64,000 nucleotides of DNA from Asterias rubens (taxonomy: Eukaryota). Below, piece by piece: positions 11,893-26,098 of this stretch. The position numbers and the translations under genes are program-made. Where the stretch lies: NCBI RefSeq assembly GCF_902459465.1, contig NC_047062.1, forward strand, positions 3,906,001 to 3,970,000. Reading direction: 5' to 3'. Each line of letters starts with the position of its first letter. Position 1 is the stretch's first letter. Below the pieces are notes generated by a model. The model had not been told where the DNA came from. It worked only from the letters and a program-made list of their open reading frames with translations, and did no database searches.

Positions 11893-14495
11893 TAGATTGT
11901 ATTGGATTCTGTATGGGATTCGGTGATTTGTGTCATATGTTATGCATAAAAGTAGTCCAACATTAATTTACATCATTCTACCAAAATAATCATCCTGTAC
12001 TAAAAAAAAATATATATGTTTATGCTTAACCTACATGTCTGCTTCGTAGACCCATTTTTGTAAACATTAACTTGAGAAAATATTCAGCAATTCATCATAT
12101 TTTGTTTTCCCTTCATATCACTATATTATCACACCACTACACCACACACACACACGCACACTCACCAACAGATTAACATATTATATACAGATATAATAAA
12201 ATATAATACAAAACATTTTAGATGTAGCACACACTGCAGCACACTGGCCCGACACATCATCATAATATATCCCACGGTACATTTTTGATGAGTTTGACAT
12301 TTCAAGCACATGACCAACGACCCACTTTGCCTCAATAATTCATTATGTCAATTGCTCACAAATTGTTCTCATCCATGGTGGTGGCATAGTTGCTGCATGG
12401 GCGTACTGTTTGGTCGTTTACAAACCAGAGTTTAACTGATAATGAAGGGGGAGAGTCTAACAGCACCAATGTCGCTACCTTCTTTACAAAAATACACTTC
12501 GCCATTATCAATTTACAAATAGGTACGCACCTTGATGTATGTACAAAGTGTGCAAATGACAGGACAGTAACATGACACCCACATAAACTAATTTGCAAAT
12601 TACCTAAAAAGCAGCGGATAATAAATTATGTGGCATAGCCATTTTATTGTGCTGCTGTCACTGCAGCATTTACAATCCACCATGAACCAAACTGTGCATT
12701 AATTGGATCTAAGACACAATGCAGTTAAATTTGCAGAATATGTCAAAACCCAGACACAATGGTATAATATATTATGTCGATTCCTAAAATCGTTAAACTT
12801 CTATTGAAATTCTGAAATTCTAATTTAAAAACAAGTTCAATGACCACATTTTTATTAGAATATTTTTTTTTTTTGTATAATATTTTCTCTGACAGATGAT
12901 GCTGTTTCAAAATATATTTACATGTTTGCAAATATGCAATGCGGTCAATGCACAAAGTATATTATGTAAAACATGCAAAATTGTTGGTACATGGCTGATG
13001 GACTAGAGGCAATGTCGGGATTCATAGCCAGGTTTTTTTTTTCCAACTCCAAATCTTAATTTCTGGGACAAAGCTGCCCCCAAAATCTGACCTAGAGTCT
13101 ATGAAGTACCTAAAGTGGTTTCATTTTCAACTGGAAGTAGATCCCAAAGTTTAACGGTTTCTTGAGAATTGCAGCTGGTTTTTTTTTTGCTCCTTAATCA
13201 TCAGTTATACAACTGAACTATAATTATCATACAAATTTTAAAGTTGCATTTCAACAAAGAGCAAAATTGAACTAAAGGTACTGAACATGTTTTGGGTGAA
13301 TTTCACAATACATTTCGGGGGATTAAAACTATCTTTATACTATCGAAAGCTGATGTACATCTAAAGCAAGTAAGTTTTTATTGCCATTAATTTTAAGATT
13401 GATTACAAAATGTATACCTTCCCTTTAACAGATTCTGGAGTAATTGATTGGAAAGTCACTGCACCTTTGTCTCTCAAACCATCGCCATGGTTTATGAGCA
13501 GTAATCAGAGGAAGCATTTCTTCCGACCTACTAAATTTACTGATACATTCTTGAAGACATTCTGATCTTGATTTATATTTTTGTCTGATGATTTAAAGTT
13601 GCCTTAACAGTAAATTCCGTTTGACTGTACTTCTGATCCATTATGCTAACTCAAAAGAAATTGAGGACTTGAATTTTTTGTATTATAGCCACTGTACACT
13701 TTCCCTTTTCGTTAGAAGTATTTTTATTCTCAGGAGACATAAACAAGTTAAAATACATAATTATTCATCCCTTGAACATGCTACTATGAAATTATGCCGA
13801 AAATTATCCAGTAAAGGCCTGTACACATACCGATGCAAAATTGTGAGTTTTCTTGCTTCACAATTGAAAAACAGCGCGTAAAGATGTATAAATTCGCTCT
13901 GCATTCGCTTTCTTACATTGATTTTTGTGACGGTACTGGTATAATTTATGTCGGCAGATTTAAATAAAATTTCAATAAATGTGTCTTTCTATAGCTTCTT
14001 ATATTATTATTAGTTCATTTTTTAAAACATTCAAACTTGGCAGCCAGTAGCTGAATTGCGGTTACAATTACAGAGCATAAGAAAATATATATATACTATT
14101 TTAAAATTACAGAAAAACATTTAGAGATAAAAATATTTATTTAAGTACAAATATAAAATACAAGATGTTCAAACACTAAAATACAAAAATACTTTCCACT
14201 AGGGAGGCATAACACACCTCTTGCTAAAAACTCTAAACAATTAGGAAAACATGCAAGACACAACATGGACTACTAATTGGTTTGAAGAAAAGAGAGACAT
14301 ACTTTAAGACCTACATTGATGTAAATACAAACACAGTTAAATTGCTCTGAATTCACCTGTTAATTAATCCAATTAAAAACTGTCTGTGTAATTCATTAAC
14401 AGTCATACTGGAGACTTCTTGTGACTATATTTGTTTGATCTTTATTTATAAACTTAAGGTATTCAGCCTATAGTCCAGACTGGTTAGAAAGTATA

Positions 14496-15294
14496 TTAAA
14501 GGCTCGGAACACTATTGGTTATTTCTCAAAATAATCATAAGCAGAAAACTTTACTTGTATGGAGTAATGGAGGGAGGTTGATAGTATACAAATATTGACT
14601 GATTCGAGTGCTAGGTTAAAACTACGACTCCCTAGGTGATCCCTGGAGCGTTCTATTTTCCCGAGGCGCAGCCGAGGGGAAATGGAATGGTCCGGGGATT
14701 ACCGAGGGAGTCGGAGTTTTAACCATGGCACAAGTAAAAGCAGTCAATATTTGTTATATAACACCCCAACAGACTATTTATCATTCTCGTACACGTAGCG
14801 TTCGTACGTGTGTTTCAGATACACAGATGCACAACTGATTGGGTTCGAGGTGGGTAAAAAGACGTCTGGGTACTGTATGCCGTGTGATAGCCGTTGGACT
14901 ATCACATGGCAAACGATGCCCTAAGACATATCATGTGACGCGCTCTAAACTGATGAAAAGGCAGAATATTTGTAGGGGGTGTTATAATATAAAACATTGT
15001 GAGAAACAGCTCCATCTGAAGTGAAGTAGTTTTTGAGAATGAAGTAATTTGTCACTAAAATATTTGAATTTTATTTCGAGACCTCAGAATTAGATTTTGA
15101 GGTCTCAAAATCAAGCTTTCGAAAGCACACAACTTGTGCAACAAGGGCGTTGTTTTCTTCCATTATTCTCTTGCAACTTCGATGAACAATTGAGTTAAAA
15201 ATTTTCCCAGGTTTGTTATTTGATGCATATGTTCAGATACACCAAGTGAGAAGACTGGTCTTTGACAATTACAAATAGTGTCCAGTGTCTTTAA
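14496..15294. mobile_element. Family A MITE interrupted by a 399-bp insertion
   Basis: Both TTAA termini present; host sequence gatagtata|aaacattgtgag is split at 14588/14988 with tata duplicated. Confidence 0.85.
14589..14987. mobile_element. Composite foldback element (two adjacent hairpin modules)
   Basis: caaatattgactg...cagtcaatatttg (14589-14753) with long internal inverted arms, followed by tataacacccc...ggggtgttata (14757-14986). Confidence 0.75.
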
Positions 15295-17467
15295 TGCATA
15301 CTGTTGTGTAAACGGATTTCTAATCTAACTGTTAAGTCAAGCAATACAATACCAGCAACTAATTAATTGTATGCATCGAATATGTCATGACAAAAATCAC
15401 CCAGGGGTCTGTGTACTTTCGGAAAGCAATCTGTCTCCGAATGTTTCCATATTTTATAAGCATCTAGAGGAGTTCTGTGACAGATTGCTTTATTCATCAT
15501 GGGTTTATTCCATTGTGCTGTAGTCATGCAACAGGCATAGGCCGAATAGTCAAAATGTGTTTGTACTCTTTCAAATGCCAAGGAACAGCATTGGCCATTC
15601 AAAGATATACATGTATTCCTTATTTCCATGAAATTTGGGATTATCTTCCCATAGCGATTGGTGCTATAATTTATGATTTATGATGATGATTCAGCAAAAA
15701 GTCTGCTGAGCCTCCCCGAACCCCTTGAATTGGTTTTCTGCAAATGTACACACTTCCCATCCAATTATCATGTCTTCTGGAATTTATACCATCCAGATAA
15801 GCCTATGAAAACAGCATAATATAGCAACAATATATTTTGTTTTGTTTTATGAAGATTATTAGTTGGTTTTTATTTAGCATAACATCATGCCATTCCTCCC
15901 ATTTAAGGGGAAGACATTTTTAGTGGAAAGATTTTCTGGCGGGGGGGGGGGGGGGGCCTCCAATTTTGCCAGAGTAGACCACCAAAACAACTGGTATAAC
16001 AAAGAATTTGGTGAGAGAGCATTAGTTTGTAATAATAAGTTATGGTGTTTTAATTTCAATCACAATCATTGACTTGAGCTATTTGTTAATCTTGCCTACT
16101 CTTATAGACGCAAAATGCTAAGTTGGAGGTTACTGGTGCTTTGGCTGTAAGTCACTTCTACATAAAGTATTTAAAGCTGTCCGCGATCAAGTTTTCATTT
16201 TCATTATTTAAAAAAAAAATGTGCACCTTTTTTAGATGATACTGAAAAGGTTATTTTCTATTTATAGTGATCTCCTTAGATCCTTCTTGAAGAATTAGGT
16301 TTGAAAGGAAAAAGTTATTCAATCTAACCGGAGCAGCATAACTTTTAAGACATGTTTTAGCTTCTTCAATCAAGATTTGATATGAAAACATGTTGACACA
16401 GCGCCATTTTTCGAATTTAATATTTCACTGAATTTGGAACATGATTCCGGGCCTATAATGTCACGACACACGCGTGACTGCTTCACCAGTCTAGGGGGGG
16501 AAGGAGGAAAAAAAAATACATGCACGCTTGGTTGTATCATTGAAAACTCAACCCCTGGGGACCTCAGAAAAGCCCAATAAAATTGGATTTAGCAAATGCC
16601 ACCTTATTATTGCAGGGTTCCCAGAATGTACTAATCTGATTTTGTGGCTCATTCAAGAGTCCAGTGTGGGTGGGGGGGGGGGGCTCAGCCAAAGATCAGA
16701 CATGGTAGTTTTTCAGACACGATTCAAACCTTATTATTACTGTCTGCAAAAGCCTGGCTGTTGGTTTACTAGCTTTCTATAATTTCTGTCCTTCAAAGGG
16801 AAAGTTCATTGTTGTATTATGAAGAGTGCAATCATGCCAATCCTATTTTTTTTTTTGACACTAAAACCTGACAAATTTTCTAAACAATTTAAGCTTGTGC
16901 TTATTTCTCTGGCGAGGTGAGGTACGCAAAATAAGATCACACCCAAAATCAAGCTCCTTGAAATCAAAGCTGTCTTAGTACATCCTCCAATAAGACATTA
17001 CCTGACCTTTTCAATCCATACTTGAAAACAAGTTGTTCCCTACCCTGTACTAGCCAAAACTCCCCAGGATGAAGCTGCCCCAACTAAACCAAAACCACGA
17101 CTAGTTAATCTGTAGTATTTAAACACCCCATGTTTGGACTCGAATACTAATATTCTTTTGCCTAGCCTCTATATAAGACAGTGGGTGATTTGAGAGTGCA
17201 ACATCAAATCCATGAAGTTCAAGCAGTGACATTTAAGGGACTTGACACAATACAATTTTCAGATGAAATCATGAACCTGGGCACTGCTGTGTTTATTAGC
17301 TAGTTATGGATAGCCACTACACAGAAGGCGAATTCAGGGAGACGCTGATTTCTATCTCTAATATGATACTTCTAATGATAGGATGACTAGCAGCATGATA
17401 GGAATAAAAGAAAACCTAGTAGTTTTAATCTAAAGCAACACTAAAATGTTATAACTTTGTGGCTTTT

Positions 17468-17735
17468 CTTGGCTGAGCGAATACTGATCAGCAGAGTGTG
17501 GGTTAGAGTCCCAGTTGTGGCACTTGCGTTCTCGAGCAAGATACTTGATTCGTCCCTCGGATAGGGTATTAAGCCGTCCGTCTCATGTACATACTAGGAT
17601 TGGTAGCACATGTAAAAGAACCCAGGACATTTATCGTAAAAGAGAAGGGGGTTTACCCACTTTTATGAGGCAGCCTTGGTTTTATTACCAGAAATACATA
17701 ATAGCAATTATTTACCCCAAATGTACAGAACTTAT
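17468..17735 (+). mobile_element. tRNA-derived SINE (family S1)
   Basis: A box tggctgagcg, B box ggttagagtcc, body cacttgcgttctcgagcaagatacttg...gtaaaagaaccc; homologous to 3757-3915. Confidence 0.7.
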
Positions 17736-18351
17736 TTCCCCCCATCAGGAAACAATAATGTATATTGAGGACATACCCTCTCTCACATTATAAAGACAAT
17801 TCGACTTTGTGAAAGGCTTTAATTCCTGCATGCACAGTTCTAGACTCATTGATTAACTGTACCTTTCCAACCTTCTTCTGAAAAACAATCCTGCCCCCCA
17901 AAAAAAATTCAATGAACGATTTTACCACAGCACACTGCACCTCCGTATAATAATAAAAAAGGGAGAGCTTTCTTAATGACAATTTCATTCCCCCCTTGAG
18001 CGTATTGGACAAAGGAGCGAGCTCAGAAAATGTCATGCTCAGAGGCGGGGGGAAAAATGGTCTAAAGAATGCCCCTAAGTTATGTCACCCACGTGTTCCG
18101 TGTTCTGAGTACACAACACCGCGGCTGGAGAATTAAGCCGGTGAAGTGGGGGTTCTCATCATGGTGACATCACGGCCCCAGATGGGGGGTTGTGAAGGGG
18201 GCCCCTTGGCATCTCCACGTCATCCAAGTCCGCAGTGTAAATTAATCTTACTCTGTCAACTCCCTCCGCATCTTCAAAATGCTAACCTCTCAATCTTGTT
18301 GTTACAACAGAAATACCCAAATATGGCAATTTATTACAGGACTGGCAAGTT

Positions 18352-18720
18352 TTAAAGCCATTGGTCACTTTTGGTAAACAGTATTATCCAACGGCTCACA
18401 CTTCGTGTATCACAACTTATATATAAAATAACAAACCTGTGAAAATTTAGGCTCAATCGGTCATCGGAGTCAGGAGAAAATAACGGGAAAACCCACCCTT
18501 GTTTCAGCACGTTTCGCCGTGTCTTGACATGTTTTTACTATAATCCGTAATTCTCAATGTCGAGAATTGATAATTGTTTTAATACTTTCTCAAAAAGTAA
18601 AGCATTTCATGGAATAATATTTCAAGAGAAGTCTTTTACCATTACCTTGTGTAAACCCTATAAGTTATTTGTAAATCTGTGAACTTTTTTTTTTTTTTTC
18701 TGTTCTGAAAGTGTATAAAT
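18352..18720. mobile_element. TTAA-flanked Kolobok/T2-type MITE (family B), right terminus eroded
   Basis: ttaaagccattggtcacttttggtaaac...; collinear with 25761-26098 and 41266-41640. Confidence 0.85.
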
Positions 18721-18811
18721 ACTAAATACACTGGTTTAGAAAAACACGAGCATTGTGCGAAAATAAACACACGTTGATGGTGTTTTGTTAATGTGTCTCA
18801 TTTTGGTTAAC

Positions 18812-19117
18812 AACAATTTTTCAGGAGCTGCTAAGCGCAACTGCAAGTACATTTTGCTTAATAATTGAGTCAGGTAAATTAGTGTACCACAAATGGACAA
18901 TTGCTGAGCTTTTTTCCCTGCTTTGCAGCACCATGAATGAACTTGCTTACCACAGTAAATTTGCTAGAAGAAAAGATTGTAATTATACATTAATAGGGAC
19001 TGGTTTCCCCATTTTGCCCAGCAACTCAAATTGAGGAACAATTGATTTTACTTGGTAAGTCTGCTGCCACCAAGCGTCTCAAAAGTCTCCCATTAAGCAG
19101 CTTTATGAAACTGGGTC
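18812..19117. mobile_element. Diverged Harbinger-type MITE
   Basis: aatttttcaggagctgctaagc ... ttaagcagctttatgaaactgggtc, resembling the ends of 24721 and 29025. Confidence 0.5.
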
Positions 19118-20265
19118 ATTGGACAAAGAAAATCTGTGAAAAAAAATGTAGTCACATACTATTATATTGCAAACTTGGACTCGGTGTAGTTCTATGAAGG
19201 GCACATTGAGGTTCATGTGAGCAATTGGAACAAAGTACAGTTACCTGCATTTTGAATACATTCTTTTATGCTGCAATGAAGTTGGTATGAAATTTAAATC
19301 TAAATTAAATTTGTGGGTGTTTTACTGGGCCGTCTCAATGGGGGGAAAAAATTAGAAATCTGCAATAAATCCCTTCAAAATACCATTTTAAATCAGTTAA
19401 CTAGTATTTCAAGGTAAAGTCGGGGACGTTCATAAGGGGAAATTAAAATTAGCTGATGCAAACTGCTTACCAACCAAAAGGACCTATGGTATAAATGCAA
19501 AAAAAAATAAGTAAAGGCCTGATGTTTCAACCCCAGCAGAGTCTTAATGAAGCATCCAAACAATGCGCAACATTGCATATCTAGGTTTGTGACTACTACT
19601 TTAAAGCTGACATGGAAGTAGAAGAAAAAAAAATACCAACTATTAATAACCTGAACAACTGAACAAGCAGTTCTGACGTGAAATGAAATGCTTTCCTTGC
19701 AGTCTTGACAAGAACTAAGGTGGGAATTTGTGGCTGAGTCGTTGGTAAAGTACAAAACGGATGAGGAAGTTCATCCCGAGTCTTCTGGGAAATTCACACT
19801 TGTCATTGTTCCTGGAGCATTTCTTGGGGGCAAGTAGGAGACAGTAGAGAGGAAGAAGAAAGAAAAAAAAGAGAGAATCTCCTCTGCCTAAGTTGACCAT
19901 CAATGAGGGCAAGGAAGAGGAAGTTAACAGAATTACAAAACAAATATGGCTCCTGTTTCCACTTGAGGGATGAGTCTTAACTTTCTCAATGAGTATTTTT
20001 AGAGCTGGCCTATCTCAGTGTACGCCCTGAAAAACAAATTTGATACATTGGTCAATGGCGATGTGGACTTGGTGTGAGACAGGGGACTAGGAGAACTGGG
20101 AGAGGGGGGAGGTACATGCCCCTTAAGGTCTCAAGGTTGTAGCCCACCAGGAACTTCCTTACGCAAGGTTAGATTAAAGGGCAAGTATAAGATGCGCCGG
20201 AGACATATAAAAAAAACAAGATAATTTGAGATCTTATAAGAAGTAAGCTTTTCAGTCACTTTTTA

Positions 20266-20460
20266 CGGTTAATAATAATAACAATAAGATAACAAAGTCT
20301 TATTAAGCGCACAAATCCACCAAAAGTGCTCAAGGCGCTGTAACAAAGGAAAAGGAAAAGTAAAACAAAAGGGTAAGGGATCAAAAGATAATTCAGTGAA
20401 GAGGAACTTGAAGATTCTGACATGAGGTGTGTCATCAGTAAAGACTGTGTAGGGCATGTG
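20266..20460 (-). mobile_element. L2-like LINE 3' tail
   Basis: Minus strand QSLLMTHLMSES (cf. KSLLKTHLF), then agcgccttgagcac...gcgcttaataag and a (TTA)n tail. Confidence 0.5.
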
Positions 20461-23400
20461 TTTCACCATTATCCTCTTTGTGAATATCATTTTAACTATT
20501 TAACGACGATGATAACTTGCTTATTGGCCAATCAGATTTGTTGTGTTGTTGAGTGCAAGTAAAAAAGAAATTACTTCAAGTTCCATTATCCTTTACAAGC
20601 TTGATAAAGAATATGTCCAGTTTTTGTATGTCCAAAGTTTTATTAAAATTGCCCGGTGTTGACTCCATCTGAAGGGAGGTGGAGGAGGGGCGTTTCGTTA
20701 TTCGGCCAATTTGATAGAAAACCTTAACATCGAGAAACTCCAGGGGTTGTGTCTTAAAGCTCATCAGAGACTTAATCAAAAGCGGGAAATCGAGACAAGC
20801 GTCAAACTGACATCTGCCAAGCTAATTCCCGATTGAACCAGTACAAACATGATAAATATTTTGTCGGCTGGAACTAATGAAATGCGTTATTCATAACTGG
20901 GCATTCAGTTCTGTGTGTGCTTGGGTGATTTGGCGTTATTAAAAAGGGCCCACAGCTGGCATTGATGAGCAAATAAAGGATAATTCAGCATTTATTTCCT
21001 TATTTTTTTATCTCTCATCTCTTGAATGGGCTAATTTTTAATTTGTCATGCTGTGTTCTTGTAAAATCAAGCAGTATCCTTTTTACCTCACAAATAAGTC
21101 CTTGAGTTAATGATTATTAGAAGGGGGAAATAACAAACACTATTGTTCGCGAAAGAGTACCCATTTATCTATGTACATTTGAATTGAAACTACAGAACAA
21201 CCCTTAGGAAACCACAGTTCACACACTTGAGACAAGTAACAAGGAAATCAATAAAATTTCAAGGAGAACATCAAGAACTGTTCTAATAACTTCATTACTT
21301 TGCAAATCAACCTAACATTTTTCTGATTGTAGTAAATGTGACATATCACACTGCACAACATTAAGTCACTTTGTGATGGCGCTCAGCAAATGAAAATATA
21401 CTTATTTGATTTTGAAATCTAAAATAATCACATTTTTCCCCCACAGTAATTGTCCTGAGCAAACCTATACAGAAAAAGATCCGCCCACATAAACCCCAAC
21501 AGTATGAAATTTTAAAAAGATTGACACTCTGATTTTCATTCAAGTAACCAAAGCCATAGCATATCTTTAAGAATTCCTCCGCATACAAGAAGTCCCTTCC
21601 ACAACATCACTATACTATATTGAAATGGCACGATAAGAACTCCATCTGCAGACTCAACACGGATCATTTTCATTGCCCTTTTTTTTTCTCTTTTCTTTTT
21701 TTCTTAAACCAAGACCTTTACATCCGTCAACACCTCTCTATCATGGGCACATATTAGCATGTTCTAGTGAGGGTAAATCCATTGCGGTGTGTATTATCCA
21801 GTCTATGAGAACTGGGCGAGAACCGCAATCCCACTCAGCGTTCCTCCTTGAAGACCGTGCTTGAAATTGGATCGGCAGCGACTTTCTCCTCATACAATTC
21901 ATTGGCAGGAAGGTGTGAGAAGCAATGCTGCGGCTGCATCATCAGTTGATGGGTCAATGTGAAATGTCTTTTCTTATAATATTTGTGTTGAGCTGCTTGC
22001 TTTAGTGAGGCAGTTTACGGCCATTGTAGCTCGTATTTACCGAGAAGGCAAAAGATACCCTGGATTTGATTGCATATGTTAATTAATAAGCAGCTCATGT
22101 TTAATCATATGGTAAATGGTGAGGATGGTTTTAAAAGCCGGTAGGCTGATACTTTAATGAAGGCACAACTATAACCTTCCTGGAAAAGTATTGTCAAGAT
22201 TCATCTTTTGTGAAATCAAATCATACAATTACGTTTTACCGTCCCCTGATTCCTATTCATTCAAAAGGATACATTCAGTCCTATATATATTGATTACAAA
22301 CAAATCTATTAAATTACAAGAACACACACCAATCTCTTGTTAACATTTACTGTGATTCCTTTTGGCTATCAACATAATGCAATAAAGAGCATTATATGAG
22401 TGTCATTTGTAAAGAAATATAAAACCAGATTTGCTTCAAATTGTGAAAAAAAATTGATGATGATCTCAAACATGTCACATTGAAACTGTTTCCCCCCTCA
22501 AGAACAATCAAATGTGCAACCCCATTAATTTGGGCCATGAGTTTCTAGCAACAAATTTTGATGCCAACAACATCAAACAACAATGACTTTTTATGCCAAA
22601 TTGATTGTTCACAGTAAAAAGTGAGAGAAACATGTCTGCTGTAATCAATGACGGTCGTGACGTGACATAGCTTTTGATGTCACCACGACATCTCTCATTC
22701 AACGAAGTTGAATTAAGACGTCTCTGTGACATTGAAAGTTCCATCGGTGCATTTCATCAATTTCAAAAGGTGCCTAAATGTTTTCTAATCAGTATAGGGC
22801 AAATCTATAAACGTTGATCCATGTGTAAAGGGGAGATATTTTACTTGTTTACATGCGTGTCTTGTCCTCATTAGTATAGCTGATCCATAGTACCTAGTAC
22901 CATGTACTATTCTCCATAAAGGAGAACTCCCCCCCCCCCCTTTTCATCAAGAAAAAAACAATTTATGATAAAAAAAATACTCAAGAAAAAAACATGTTGA
23001 GTAACCTTTGATATATCAAGCATTCATTTCAATTTACCCTAAGTAAAGGAGAGGCAAGTTGCACATGATGACTGTTGTCTTCCTTAGAAGTGCATCTTCA
23101 TCCATGGAATTTTATCCGTCAGCCCAACCCAGCATGGAGAGAGAATTCCTGAAATAGTGCCCCCATTCTGTGAAGACTGCATCTTAACTTGATCATCTTC
23201 CAGTATTATTATCATTACGTAGGGTTTTCTTTTTTATAAGAGAGAAAGCGGGACAGGGATAGTGAGAAGAAGATCGTAAGACCAAATTTCTTGTTTGTCA
23301 GGTTTTTTTTTTGGTCTCCCCAGGTCTCTGGCAATGAGATTCCAGACATTATCAAGAACCAATTCGATGTCATTCCAATCCACACAACTGCTTTTCTCCC

Positions 23401-24720
23401 ACTGTCTCAAGCGATTCGCTAATAAAGCGTTTTTTGTTTTTTTCATTTACAAGAAAATAGAATTAGCTTTTGAAAACTGCTTACCAAACAACATTACTTA
23501 TGGTATAAATGCACACAGAAAAATGTTATGGTTTTGAATCTAGAAGAGTCTTTCTCAAAGGCAAACAAAATCAATAACTTCATAAAAAATTCTTATCACA
23601 ATTTGACATACTACATAATATTCCATCACATTTAACATGAAAACATGTACAAAAGTTGATGTTTCAGAGAACAATTCCGTCTGATATATTTAAGAAAAAT
23701 AATTACCTTGAATCTCAAGATGTTAGGATGCAAGACCAGCATGTAATCGTTAACACACTTTTTCTTAAAAAACCTCAACTACTTACGAGAATGTTTTTAA
23801 TCAAAGTTATTATGTCTTCACATGTTGATTTAAGGGTATTTAATTTGTTTGAACACAGATGTTTTGAAGAATAATGTTGAAAAATGCAAACATGTACTTC
23901 AAGAGTCAGTTCTAAAAATGTACCCAATGGGACAAAGCCATCCTTGCTTTAAACAAAGATGTGCTACTCATTTTCTGTTTCTGTTTTTTTTTTTTATATA
24001 CTTTACTTCTTGACCACAAAGATATGACTCTGATCAATCATCCAATACCTGGATGAATTATCATCGTTAAATGTAACAGACACCAATTTCTTCTCTGTGT
24101 AAATTATCTCTTAAGTGACTTAGTATTAGCTTTCCCGGCCCGATTGGAAGCTGCGGAATGTTACCCTGAAAAGCTTGGGACTGTTCTTTAAAATAAATAT
24201 CTCATCAGAGTTATTTGTTTAGGCTATTTAGTGAAAATGTAAATTATTTTGATTTCCCATAGTAGCCAGCTAATCAGCACAAAGGTAAATCATTCTGAAA
24301 AATAAGGGTAGGCTCATTGTTGCCTATCTCTGCCAAAAGTCCGACCGAAGCTCCCACCGTCGCTGACTTAAAAATTCCAAATTTTATTTTCCTTTTATAG
24401 TAAATAAGGGTTCATTCATTCGAGGGTCCCTTGCTTTTTACACCCAGATGAAGATAGAAAATGCAAATTTCAAAACCACCATGTTGCTAATCTATCTGAA
24501 TACCCTGTAGAGTGGTTCATAACAAATTTAATTCTCGAAGCACTACTAGATTTAATTTAAGAAACAACCCACGCACACACAAAAATGACCCATACAATGT
24601 GTTAACCAAAGCATAGTTCACACAGTGTACAGATTTTAAAATGTTAATGAGATATTTATACACTGACCATGACAACAGCTTTAAAGGTGATGTATATAAT
24701 TGGTTCATCAAAATAACCAG

Positions 24721-24874
24721 GGCCCAATTTCATGGCGCTGTTTGAGCGGAAAATATTGCTTAACAAATTGATGCTTAGCAGAATTGAGCAGGGTACCAGT
24801 CACAGATTGTACATGTGTCATGGTAGTTTAGCTGATAACCATATTCTGGTTAAGCAGCTCTGTGAAATTGGGCC
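24721..24874. mobile_element. PIF/Harbinger-type MITE
   Basis: TIR ggcccaatttca / tgaaattgggcc, flanked by 3-bp CAG on both sides. Confidence 0.8.
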
Positions 24875-25594
24875 CAGATGGTTAACACCTTTCAATTCTT
24901 GTGTTAAGCTTCTATTTGCATCAACCATAAACGCGGTGATTTTGTCAGATGTGCTGCCACAATATTCAAAAGCAATAAGTCCATCTTACAATGATATTTT
25001 TTTAAAGACAAACCATGCATTTGACCAATTTCAAAGTTTGTCTTGAAGTGAATAACTTAAAGGTAATTTTCACAACTATCTAGTAAATAACCTGCGTTTA
25101 GTTGGCCATTAATATACTTTGACACGTACAAAGGACTGATGCACTTTTAAGCTTAATAACGATTTCCTCTTCACTCCCCCCTTTAAGTCAGCTGGACATA
25201 GCATCATACCATAGAGCTAGCACTATGCATCATACACAAGACCTCTTCTCTGACCAAGGCCAGTACAATTTACTGCCATATTACATTTTCCTCATCCAAT
25301 ATTCCAATAGTGTTATACATATAACTCCCATAACTCCTGCTGCAGTGCGTGCCTGCTGCATTTATATTAGGAATAGCATTTTAGCTTACTTCAGTTACAC
25401 GGGTGTGTCTGTTATAAATCGTGTTGATGACCCCTATTTTCTCTTGGATCATTTATGATTAAAATGTCCTAACTTGTCAACCATCTGTGAACATTGATTT
25501 TGAAGACAAAGAGGATATGTTGACGTCAGAGATGTCAGTGATAATCGATGAACTCCTTCAAATTAGAGATAAGTCAAGTGTTACTTTGGATAAC

Positions 25595-25710
25595 TTTCCG
25601 CATGGCGCCACCACTTTTTCACTCTTTTTTACAAAAAGGGATATTTAATTGAGGTAAATTGGACGCCGTAATTTCATATCGAATGAAAAAGTGGTGGCAC
25701 CATACGGAAA
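25595..25710. mobile_element. Small hairpin MITE-like element
   Basis: tttccgcatggcgccaccactttttca / tgaaaaagtggtggcaccatacggaaa inverted arms. Confidence 0.6.
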
Positions 25711-25760
25711 CTTTTCTGTTACTATCTGGTTCAGGTGAAGTAATCTGAAGCATAATATTG

Positions 25761-26098
25761 TTAAAGCCATTGGACACTTTCGGTAAACAGTATTGTCCAA
25801 AGCCCACACTTCGTGTATCACAACTTATATATAAAATAACAAACCTGTGAAAATTTAGGCTCAATCGGTCATCGGAGTCGGGAGAAAATAACGGGAAAAC
25901 CCACCCTTGTTTCCGCACGTTTCGCCGTTTCATGACACGTTTTTTAAAATAAATCTGTAATTCTAAAAAGTAAAGCATTTCATGGAATAATATTTCAAGA
26001 GAAGTCTTTCACCATTACCTTCTGTAAACCCTGTAAGTTATTTGTAAATCTGTGAACTTTTTTCTTTTTTCTGTTCCAAAAGTGTATAATGGCTTTAA
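25761..26098. mobile_element. Family B MITE
   Basis: ttaaagccattggacactttcgg ... aaagtgtataatggctttaa. Confidence 0.9.

Noticed and set aside
20576-20800. FLDVKV peptide resembling a PLE RT motif
   Set aside because: A single short motif without the preceding YVDD or following conserved context.
15363-23446. Protein-like short ORFs or exons at 15363-15629, 19715-19912, 21712-21770 and 23322-23420
   Set aside because: Isolated, on mixed strands, with no consistent splice chain and no recognisable family.
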